A stretch of 64,000 nt of DNA from Candidatus Altimarinota bacterium (GTDB lineage Bacteria; Patescibacteriota; Gracilibacteria; CAIRYL01; GCA-016699755): positions 768,001 through 832,000 of the forward strand of contig OY760935.1 in the NCBI GenBank assembly GCA_963664295.1, written 5' to 3'. The notes under the pieces were generated by a model. It did no database searches and had not been told where the DNA came from. It saw nothing but the letters and a program-made list of their open reading frames with translations. This document shows positions 27,992 to 37,200 of the stretch, piece after piece; position 1 is the stretch's first letter; each line of letters opens with the position of its first letter. A program made the position numbers and the translations under genes.

Positions 27992-28450
27992 CTAACAAAT
28001 TCCCGCTTGCTTTTCTGCTTTTTTAGTATTAACCATAATTTGATACTCATTTTTAAAAATCTCAACAACCTTATCTAAAAAAGAAGAATTAAAAAAAGCT
28101 TTATGACTCAAAAATCCTTTTAACAAAGGCAATTCTCTTTCTGCTAAAATCGAAAATAAAAAACCTGTATCACATTGTTCACCACCATAAGTGCGATAAC
28201 AATTCACTGGCACTTCATTTATTTTGTTTAATTTTTCTTCAAAATTATTTATATATTTAAAAGCTATTTTTTTGTCTTTACAATCAGGCATCTCAGCTAA
28301 TGAATTTTTAATAAAATTCAAAAATTTTCTAGTTTTTATAAAATAATCATCTTCCACAACCCGCACCCTTTTAACAAATCTGGGCTTATCTATGCCTGCG
28401 CGCATTTGCGAAGTTATTTTTAATTGAGACTCAATAGTAAACTCAGACAT
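27992..28450 (-). CDS. Hypothetical protein
   Basis: 152-aa ORF with ATG start. Confidence 0.6.
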   Translation of the reverse strand: MSEFTIESQLKITSQMRAGIDKPRFVKRVRVVEDDYFIKTRKFLNFIKNSLAEMPDCKDKKIAFKYINNFEEKLNKINEVPVNCYRTYGGEQCDTGFLFSILAERELPLLKGFLSHKAFFNSSFLDKVVEIFKNEYQIMVNTKKAEKQAGIC

Positions 28451-28550
28451 CTTTTAATAAATAAGGATATTATTTTTAAACAAAAAAAATATTTTGTCAA
28501 GGAGTTGAAAAAAAAATTAAAAAAGGGGAAACTGTTTAGGTACAAAAATT

Positions 28551-29576
28551 ATGGCAAAAGTCAGCATAAATCCAATAACGGCTCCAGCTCAAAGCAAAGA
28601 AGAAGCTCAATTTGAAACCACGCTCAGACCACAGAGTTTTGATGATTTTATTGGGCAAAAAATTCTTAAAAAAAATCTTAAAATTCTTCTTTCTGCCTCA
28701 GAAAAAAGAGGAGATAGCCCAGAACATATCTTATTACACGGCCCTCCGGGTCTAGGAAAAACCACTTTAGCAGGCATTATTGCCAAAAAAGTAAACGGAA
28801 ATTTACGCATAACCAGTGGACCTGCTGTTGAAAAAACAGGTGATATAGCAAGTTTATTAACAAATCTCGAAGCTGGAGATGTGCTTTTTATAGACGAAAT
28901 TCACAGACTTAAAACCCCAATAGAAGAAATGCTTTTCTCTGCTATGGAAGATTTTGCTATTGATTTAATGATGGGCAAAGGTGCTGGCGCAAAATCAATG
29001 CGACTTCCCCTGCCTCCCTTTACTTTAATTGGTGCAACCACTAGAATTGGTGCAATTTCATCTCCCCTGCGAGATAGATTTGGCTTTGTTTCAAAATTAG
29101 AATTCTATAAAGACGAGGACATAATGCAAATTGCCGAACGCAATGCAAAATTACTTGATATACAAATTGAAGATCCTGCAAAAAAACTATTAGCTCAATG
29201 CTCACGCAGAACACCAAGAATAGCAAATCGCTTACTAAAACGCTTAAGAGATTTTGCACATCACAAAGACACAGAAAACATTGACTTAAAAGTTGCCAAT
29301 GAAGCCTTGGAATGCCTAGGCATAGACTCAATTGGCTTAAATCAAAATGATGTTGAATTTTTATCAGTAATTATTGAAAAATTTCAAGGAGGACCAGTAG
29401 GTCTTTCTACTCTTTCCGCCGCCTTATCAGAAGAAAAAGAAACAATCGAAGAAATAATGGAACCATTTTTAATTCAGCTAGGATTTTTAGAAAGAACAGC
29501 AAAAGGCAGAGTGGCAACAGAAAGAGCCTTTGAGCACTTAGGATTAAACAAAAAAATATCCCCAAGCTTATTCTAA
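28551..29576 (+). CDS. ruvB: Holliday junction branch migration helicase RuvB
   Basis: LRPQSFDDFIGQ, GPPGLGKTTLA, FIDEIHRL, GATTR, PLRDRFG, GGPVGL. Confidence 0.98.
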   Translation: MAKVSINPITAPAQSKEEAQFETTLRPQSFDDFIGQKILKKNLKILLSASEKRGDSPEHILLHGPPGLGKTTLAGIIAKKVNGNLRITSGPAVEKTGDIASLLTNLEAGDVLFIDEIHRLKTPIEEMLFSAMEDFAIDLMMGKGAGAKSMRLPLPPFTLIGATTRIGAISSPLRDRFGFVSKLEFYKDEDIMQIAERNAKLLDIQIEDPAKKLLAQCSRRTPRIANRLLKRLRDFAHHKDTENIDLKVANEALECLGIDSIGLNQNDVEFLSVIIEKFQGGPVGLSTLSAALSEEKETIEEIMEPFLIQLGFLERTAKGRVATERAFEHLGLNKKISPSLF

Positions 29577-29588
29577 AAAAAATAAACA

Positions 29589-31091
29589 ATGAGTTTTAAA
29601 AAAATATCTTTAAAAAAAAGGCATAGAAAAAAACGCATAAAAAAGGCAATAAAAAAGTTTTTTGGCTTTTTCAAAAATCCATTCGCAAAAAAACAATCTA
29701 TTTTTAAAATTCATAAAAAGAAAAAATTGTTATCTGCGCTGGTAATAAGTCTGATGGTTGTTTTTGGTGGCATGGCAATATACAGCATGAGCAAAACTCT
29801 TTATCAAAAATTCGCTAATTTTAGCTTCAAAGATGTTATTGTGGATATAGTTGGTAAAGAGCTACCAAAAGATGAAAATGGCTACACTAATATTTTAATA
29901 ATGGGCATTGGTGGAAAATGGCACCAAGGAGGAGAATTAACAGACACTTTGATTGTTGCCTCAATTGACAAAGAAACAAATAGCGTGGTTATGCTTTCAG
30001 TTCCTCGTGATTTTTATGTAGAAACAGAGGCAACCAGTAGCAGAATTAACGAAATTTTACGCGATGCACCAAAATATTACCAAAAACAAGGTTATTCTGA
30101 TGAAAAATCTCAAGAATTAGCATTAAAAACTCTTGATAAAAAAATCACAGAACTCACAGGCTTAGAAATACATAAGTATGCCAAAATAGATTTTCAGGGT
30201 TTTGTAAAAATAATAGATGCCTTAGGCGGTATAGAAGTCGATGTTGAACGCACTATAGATGACCCTGCCTACCCAGATAATAATTGGGGCTATGAGAGAT
30301 TTTATCTTCAAGCAGGTAAGCAAAAATTAGACGGAGAAACTGCTTTAAAATACGCTCGCAGTCGTCATGATTCTTCTGATTTTGACAGAGCAAAAAGACA
30401 ACAAAAAATACTTGAAGCAATTCGTGAAAAATCTTTAAGCTTAGGCATACTCACTAGTCCTGAAAAAATTAGTAATATTTTTAATATTATTGATGAAAAT
30501 TTTACCAGCGATCTCAGCTTACAAGAACTTGTCACCTTAGCAGGCTTTGCTTCAAACTTTGATCGCAATAATATGTTTTCTCATGTTTTAAATGATGATC
30601 AATTTTCTGAAGGTGGTTTTTTAGTCACCCCCGATCGCTCTTTGTATGGCGGTGCTTTTGTTCTTGTGCCTTATTTAAATTTAGTTGAAGGTCATAAATA
30701 CGACCAAATTAAATTATTTTCTGAAATAATTTTTCAAAATCGCTACCTAAGTCTAAGTCCACCACAAATAGAAATTGCCAATGGCACAAACATAAGCGGT
30801 CTAGCCAGAGAATTAATGTATCATTTAAATCGCTATGGAATACCAATTAGCAGAATATATACCTCTGATGAAAAGCTGGAAAAAACAGTAATTATTTATA
30901 AAAAAGATAATCAAAATCAAAAAATTACCAATCTTTTACAAAAATTATTCCGTGCTGAATTAAAAGAGCAAACAAATGAAGCAATTACTGCTACAACAGA
31001 AAACACGGAACAAATCACAGAAGAAAAAGAGCCAAACATAATAACAATTATTATTGGCTCTGATTACAAAACTTTCCGAATTCCAGAATAA
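29589..31091 (+). CDS. LCP (LytR-CpsA-Psr) family protein with LytR C-terminal domain
   Basis: TDTLIV, SVPRD, YARSRH, SDFDRAKRQQ; C-terminal IEIANGTNISGLA. Confidence 0.92.
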   Translation: MSFKKISLKKRHRKKRIKKAIKKFFGFFKNPFAKKQSIFKIHKKKKLLSALVISLMVVFGGMAIYSMSKTLYQKFANFSFKDVIVDIVGKELPKDENGYTNILIMGIGGKWHQGGELTDTLIVASIDKETNSVVMLSVPRDFYVETEATSSRINEILRDAPKYYQKQGYSDEKSQELALKTLDKKITELTGLEIHKYAKIDFQGFVKIIDALGGIEVDVERTIDDPAYPDNNWGYERFYLQAGKQKLDGETALKYARSRHDSSDFDRAKRQQKILEAIREKSLSLGILTSPEKISNIFNIIDENFTSDLSLQELVTLAGFASNFDRNNMFSHVLNDDQFSEGGFLVTPDRSLYGGAFVLVPYLNLVEGHKYDQIKLFSEIIFQNRYLSLSPPQIEIANGTNISGLARELMYHLNRYGIPISRIYTSDEKLEKTVIIYKKDNQNQKITNLLQKLFRAELKEQTNEAITATTENTEQITEEKEPNIITIIIGSDYKTFRIPE

Positions 31092-31094
31092 ATA

Positions 31095-34000
31095 TTATTG
31101 ATTTTTATTAAAATCATCGCTTTCTTCTGGGGGTATCTCTTGCCAGTCGCTTTCTTCGGATTCTTCTGTTGTAGGCTTTTTTTCTGTTTGTTCTGATTTT
31201 TCTGGAACAACTTCTTCTGCAGGCTCTTCAAGAATTTCCCCCTCTTCCTCCTCCTCTTTCTCTGTTTCTTCTTTTATTTTTTCTGCTTCATCTTCTTGAG
31301 CATTATCTTCACTTTCTACTTCTGGCTTAATTTCTTCCTCTGACTTAATTTCCTCAGGCTTCTCTGGTGCTTCTGTTAAATTTTCTTCCTGAACTTCTTG
31401 TGCTTTTTCCTCTATTTTTTCTTGAGAATTATCAATAAATTCATCTTTTTTATTTTCTTCTGACAACTCTATTTCATTTTTATCTTCCTCTTGCTCCTCG
31501 TTTTTAAGCCAATCTGGTAAATCTTGCTCCATTTCTGTTTTTAAGCCAATTTTTTCTTCTGACAACTGGTCTTCAGCTTGCTCCTCTTGAGCCACTTGAT
31601 TACTATCTGGAGTTTCTACTTTTTCGCCAAAATTATTATTTGGTTGATTTTCTTTAGGTAAATCCTGATTATCTTGAACTTCTAAGTCATCATCGCCTGC
31701 TTGATTAGAATCAACTATTTGTTCCTCTACTTTTGCATCAGGAATTGCTGGTTCACTTAAAAGCACAGTCTCTTCCGGCATTTTTGAATCCTGACTAATT
31801 ATTTCTGGCTCTTTTGTTTCTTTTTCTACTTCAGGCTCAACTTTAGGTTCAACCACAGATTCCTCTTGTTTTACTTCTGGTTCTGGTGGTAAAACAAATT
31901 CATCTTCAATTTTTTCATCTTCAACTTGCTCTTCCTCTGCTTCATCTTCTTCGTGAAGCCAATCTGGAACTTCATCTTCTTTTGCGCTTTCCTCTTGAGG
32001 CAAACTATTTTCCAAGGCATCTACTGATTCGTCAGCATTTTTTAGCCACTCAGGCATTTCGCCGTCTTGCACATTAAGAGGTGCTGGCTCATCTGTTTCT
32101 GCTTCTTGGCTTTCTTCTGTTTTCACTGGCTCTGCCTCCACAGGTTCAGCTTCTATTTCTGCCTCTTGCTCTACTGGTTCAACAATTTCACCTGTCGCAA
32201 CTTGCTCTTCTGGCTCAGATGTAGAAATTTCCAATTCATCTATGTGATGTTTTTTTGTAAATTTTTCTTTTATTCCCTCAATAATCTCACCAAATGTCAA
32301 AGCTGGATTGCGTATTTTTTCAATCACTAAATAAATAGCTGGAATTAAAACAATAATTAACAAAATAATTAAAAACCAAACAAAAAAACCAAGTCCATCT
32401 TTTTCTGTTTCTGTAAGCTCTGTGCCATCTGGGTTAATAATTGTGCCATCTGGCAAAACAGTAGTTCCATCAGATTCAACCAAAGAGCCATCTGAGTTAA
32501 TAATTGTACCATCTGGCTTAATTTCTGTACCATCTGGCTTGATAGTTGTCCCATCAATTAAAACTCTGGTTCCATCAGGATAAACTTTTGTGCCATCTTC
32601 CTCTACGATAACTCCATCATCAAGCACTTCTCCTTCTTTTATGCCACCTTCTTCATCAGTCAAGCCTTCAATTAAAGGTATTTCAATAATTTCTACTTTT
32701 TTAGATGTTTTTTCAGCAATATCTGTCACAGTTAAAACCACTCTAAACCTTCCATGTTGCTTATATTCATAAATAGGACTTTGTTCCGAGCTAATCTCAC
32801 CATTACCAAAATCCCACAAAGAAATAAACTCTGTATTTGGAAGCTGGGAATCAACCTCAGATCCATTTGAAAAGGTCACTACATTTTTATCAATAAAATA
32901 AGTGAAGTCAGCTCTTGGAGCTTGCGTTCTGTCATCACCCTCCAGCGCATGAACTATAATTTTCTTCTTATAAACAACTAATTCCTGATCTTCGGTAGTC
33001 ATTGTCACCATAGCCTCAAAATCACCAGCTGATTCATACATATAAGCTATTGTTGCCTCTTGCGTTTCTGTTTCTATAATTCCATCACTATCAAAATCCC
33101 AAGCAAATTTAGCATTTTCTGGCGCAGGAAAAACTGTAAAGTTAATAGTATCTCCAGCGTCAATTTCATTTTTATCAACAACTAATTTGCCAACAGTCTC
33201 GAGGTCAAGATCATCTAAATTAATTTCAATATTTGCTGAACCTTCTTCAAAAACAACTTTTCTTTGTATTCTGCTTCCTTTTCCTTCCTTATCAACAACA
33301 GTCAGTTGCATAACAGCATCTCCCCATTCTTTATTATACTCAGTAGTCCACATATCGCCTGTATAAAAAGAATTATCTTCTTTGTTGTCAATGTCATTGG
33401 CAGGATCACCATCAGCATCAGAATCAATTTTAATATTTTTATCTATTCGATATTCAACAATGTCACCCACTGAAGAACCTGTATAAAAAGTCACTTTATT
33501 CTCATTTTCATAAAGATGAATTAAGCCTTTTTCATCAGCAGAAGGAAAAGTAGAAATTCTTGCTTCTAGCTGATCAACCTGAATAACATCATCACCAACA
33601 AAAAGAACCTTTACCTTATCAGTGTCTTTTTTGCCATATTTATCAATAACAGTAAGTCCAACCTCAATTGTCCCATCATCACGAAGAAAAGTTTTCTTAA
33701 AGGCAGATCCATCTGTTAGTGAAGTATGACCTTTGTTATCAATATCATTAGCAGGATCACCATCATGGTTTGAATCTTCAGCTAAGTTAAGGTCAAGATA
33801 GTATTCTTTAATTTCACCTATTGAAGAATTAGCAATAAAATAAACATCTCCCCTTTCTCCTTCAAGAGAAATTGTGTTTTCTGCTGACTTTTGCGGTAAT
33901 GTATTTAATTTTGCAAACAAATTATTACCAACATTAGCTGTCACCAATCCTTCACCAGTCACCAAAACATCAACACTGGTAGTTTTGGTTGAACCATCAC

Positions 34001-34259
34001 GCATATCCACAGACAAATTCAATAAATAAGTTCCTGAATCAACAAAATTGTAAGAAAAACTCTGCGCTTTTCCTTTTGTTAATATTTGTCCTGTGCTGTC
34101 TTTTAGTATCCATTGATAATTACTAGCTCCGGTGGCGCTTTTTGCATTAACTGAAAAATTCTCACCTACTTTAAGATGCACAATTCCACTAGCCTCAACA
34201 AAAACAGAAGAAGCGAAAAGAATTAAAAAGGCCGATAATATTAAAAATATTTTTTTCAT
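31095..34259 (-). CDS. PKD-domain surface protein with TM helix and long acidic C-terminal tail
   Basis: Signal peptide, PKD repeats, two DxxxDGDPANDIDN motifs, PDGT repeats, TM helix, ~400-aa Glu-rich tail; ATG at 34259. Confidence 0.85.
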   Translation of the reverse strand: MKKIFLILSAFLILFASSVFVEASGIVHLKVGENFSVNAKSATGASNYQWILKDSTGQILTKGKAQSFSYNFVDSGTYLLNLSVDMRDGSTKTTSVDVLVTGEGLVTANVGNNLFAKLNTLPQKSAENTISLEGERGDVYFIANSSIGEIKEYYLDLNLAEDSNHDGDPANDIDNKGHTSLTDGSAFKKTFLRDDGTIEVGLTVIDKYGKKDTDKVKVLFVGDDVIQVDQLEARISTFPSADEKGLIHLYENENKVTFYTGSSVGDIVEYRIDKNIKIDSDADGDPANDIDNKEDNSFYTGDMWTTEYNKEWGDAVMQLTVVDKEGKGSRIQRKVVFEEGSANIEINLDDLDLETVGKLVVDKNEIDAGDTINFTVFPAPENAKFAWDFDSDGIIETETQEATIAYMYESAGDFEAMVTMTTEDQELVVYKKKIIVHALEGDDRTQAPRADFTYFIDKNVVTFSNGSEVDSQLPNTEFISLWDFGNGEISSEQSPIYEYKQHGRFRVVLTVTDIAEKTSKKVEIIEIPLIEGLTDEEGGIKEGEVLDDGVIVEEDGTKVYPDGTRVLIDGTTIKPDGTEIKPDGTIINSDGSLVESDGTTVLPDGTIINPDGTELTETEKDGLGFFVWFLIILLIIVLIPAIYLVIEKIRNPALTFGEIIEGIKEKFTKKHHIDELEISTSEPEEQVATGEIVEPVEQEAEIEAEPVEAEPVKTEESQEAETDEPAPLNVQDGEMPEWLKNADESVDALENSLPQEESAKEDEVPDWLHEEDEAEEEQVEDEKIEDEFVLPPEPEVKQEESVVEPKVEPEVEKETKEPEIISQDSKMPEETVLLSEPAIPDAKVEEQIVDSNQAGDDDLEVQDNQDLPKENQPNNNFGEKVETPDSNQVAQEEQAEDQLSEEKIGLKTEMEQDLPDWLKNEEQEEDKNEIELSEENKKDEFIDNSQEKIEEKAQEVQEENLTEAPEKPEEIKSEEEIKPEVESEDNAQEDEAEKIKEETEKEEEEEGEILEEPAEEVVPEKSEQTEKKPTTEESEESDWQEIPPEESDDFNKNQ

Positions 34260-34260
34260 T

Positions 34261-37200
34261 TTATTCAACTATAAGCAAAATTGTCTCAGAAAGATCGCCT
34301 GAAACAGTATTATTAGCAGTCACTTCAACTAAAAGATTGCCAGCACCCAAAGGATGGATTGTACTCGCAGCTTCACCATTCATTGCCCTAGTGTTGTCGG
34401 GAATAATATTAGCAGACCCCTCAAGTACTCTAAAATCAACTTTACCTGAATAAGGACTTCCGTCTGCGTTTTTCACAAAAACCAAAAGATCCATTGTTTC
34501 TGTTGTTTGAAAAGTTTTATTTGGCGCCACTAAGAACAAAGTTGTAATTGGATTTATCGAATCAATTTGCAAACTTTTTTCTGCCTGATTACTAACAACG
34601 CTTTCTGCCTGCACAACTTGTCCACTTTTTTGAATAGACAAAGTTCTTTCAACAAAATCTTCTCCTTTTGTTTTATCTTTAACAACCAAACGAACCTGAT
34701 AAAATCCTTCATTAGGATAAATATATTCTGGGTCAAGTTCTGTAGAATCAGCATCATTATTTGCAACACCATCACCATCAGTGTCTGTGTTGGTGTCAAA
34801 GTCCCAAAAAAGTTCTAAGTCATTGTCTGGCACAGATGTATCTAATTTAGAATTACTACCATTAAATAAAACTTTTCTACCAGTAATTTGATAAGTAAAA
34901 GCCGCTAAAGGTAGTTTAGAAGTGCGTTCAACAAAAATTGTTCTTGTTTTTGAACTTGCCAAACCTCTGTGCACAACTTTCATGCGCACCTTATATTCAC
35001 CAGGTATATCAAATCTTCTCACCACATTCGGACCACTAGAAGTATCGTCAAAAATATTATCACCATCAAAATCCCAAGTAAAAGCACTATCTGGTATTTC
35101 TTCTCCTTGTGGATCAGACGCTTCTCCTGTGAATGTAATTGTTTCACCCATTTTTATTGATGTGCGATCAACTCTAAAATCAACCACAGGTGCAAGGTTT
35201 TCATTATTTTTAATATCAACAAATTGACTTGGTCCAAATAATTCTTCATTAGTAATAACTCCACCATTGTCATCTTTAATTTCTACAAAGAAATTCCAAC
35301 GATTAACCTGATTTGCCTGACCTCTCGGCAAGATGGTAATACTAGAAGAATTGATGCTTGTTGTATGTAAGTCCATCTTTTCTCCAGGATCAAGCTCCCT
35401 TTCTGCCCACCAAGTATATTGCACAATATGACCATCAGGATCATGCGCACCAACAGCAAGCAAAGGAATGTTAATAGGAGTTTCTTTTCTTCTGTCTGGA
35501 ACATTTATCTCAAAACGATCAAAAGAAGGTAGAGCATTTTTAATTTTAAAATACAAAACTTCTGAATCGGATTTTTTACTTTTATTGTCTGTCACAGTAA
35601 GAGTCACGGGAATACAGCTGTCTTCATCTGTTATTTCATTAAAGCGTTTTTTAATAATGCTATCAGACAAAAATGTTCCATCATGAAAATCCCAATTAGT
35701 TAATAAATTCGTTCGCTCTCCATCAACATTAACTGATTTTTTTGCACTTAATGTAAGTATATCTGATCTAGTAATTTCAAATCCTGGCTCACCATAACAA
35801 ATACCATCAGTTGGCATTAAATAAACACTATCTTTTTTAATATCATAAACTGCAGTTGGGCTATCTCTTCTTCCAACATGAACCCATTTTTCAACTGAAT
35901 TTTCTTCATCTAAATTACTTGTCACTGTTAAGCGAACTCGATATTTACCTTCTTGGTTAAAAACATGTGTTTGTGAGGCATTTGTGTTTATTTCTGTTAT
36001 TCCATCATCAAAATCCCACTTAAAGCCTATAGCATCTTTGCTAATAGCATTAAAAATAACTTCTTCACCAACATAAGAAATAAGCGTACTAGCTGTAAAA
36101 TCAACCTTAAAAGTAGAATCTATCTTAATGGTGCTCATTGCCGCAGCCTTTTGTCCAAAAGGATCTTCTATTTGTAATCTAACTTTATATGTTTTTGCTT
36201 CAGGAAAAGTGTAAAAAATCACCATTTCATTGGTATCCACAATGTCAAAAATACCATCATTATCAAAATCCCAAGAGTAGGTAAGCCTGTCGCCATCTGG
36301 ATCACTTGATCTACTTGCATCAAAACGCACAGTAGCAGGATCGGAATCTTTTAATATTGAATAATTAAACACTGCATATGGCTCTTGCGAATAAACTTTA
36401 AATTTCTCAGAACTAAACACGCTCTCGCCTTTTATGTCAGTCACTGTTAATTTTGCTTCATAATCACCAACTTTAGAAAATTTATAAGTAAAAGTTTTAT
36501 CACTTGATTCAAAGCTCTCTGGTCCTTTAATTTCCCACAAATAAGATTTAATACTGCCCTCACTTGCCTTTGAATTACTAGCATCAAACTTAAACTCACT
36601 ATCAATAGTTCCTTTTGTTGGATTTATGTCAATATCAGCAACATTATTTTTTACATAAACATAAACACTCTTTTCATCTTGTTCGCCTAAATTATCAGTA
36701 GTGGTCAAAGTTAATTGATATTGACCCAAATCGCCATAAGAATAGTTCACAATTTCTGAACTCGATCGTTCATCAACCGAACCGTTACCAAATTCCCAAA
36801 AATAATCCGTAATCTGACGACCTTCTGCTGGCTCACTCAAACTAGGATCAAGCGAAAGACCTTCTGTGGCCTCTTGTCTAGTTATTTGATAAATATTTCC
36901 TGGATCTTCACCATTGATATTAAATTGAACATTAGTACTAGCTGGCAAAACTCGAATAGTTTTATAAGCAAGTTCGTCCATTGCTGTTTTTGCACCATTT
37001 TCTATATCTAAAGTTTCAACAATTAAATTAACCACATATGAACCAGGGTTTTCAAAAAGTATTTCTTTTGTTGGTCCTGAGCCAAGGTCAACAGTCTGCC
37101 CACTATTATCAATATAAGTCCAGTGATAATTAGCATCAGGAATAGTTATATTATTTGGATCTGATGATGCTGAGCCATCTAAAAACACATACAAAGGTGT

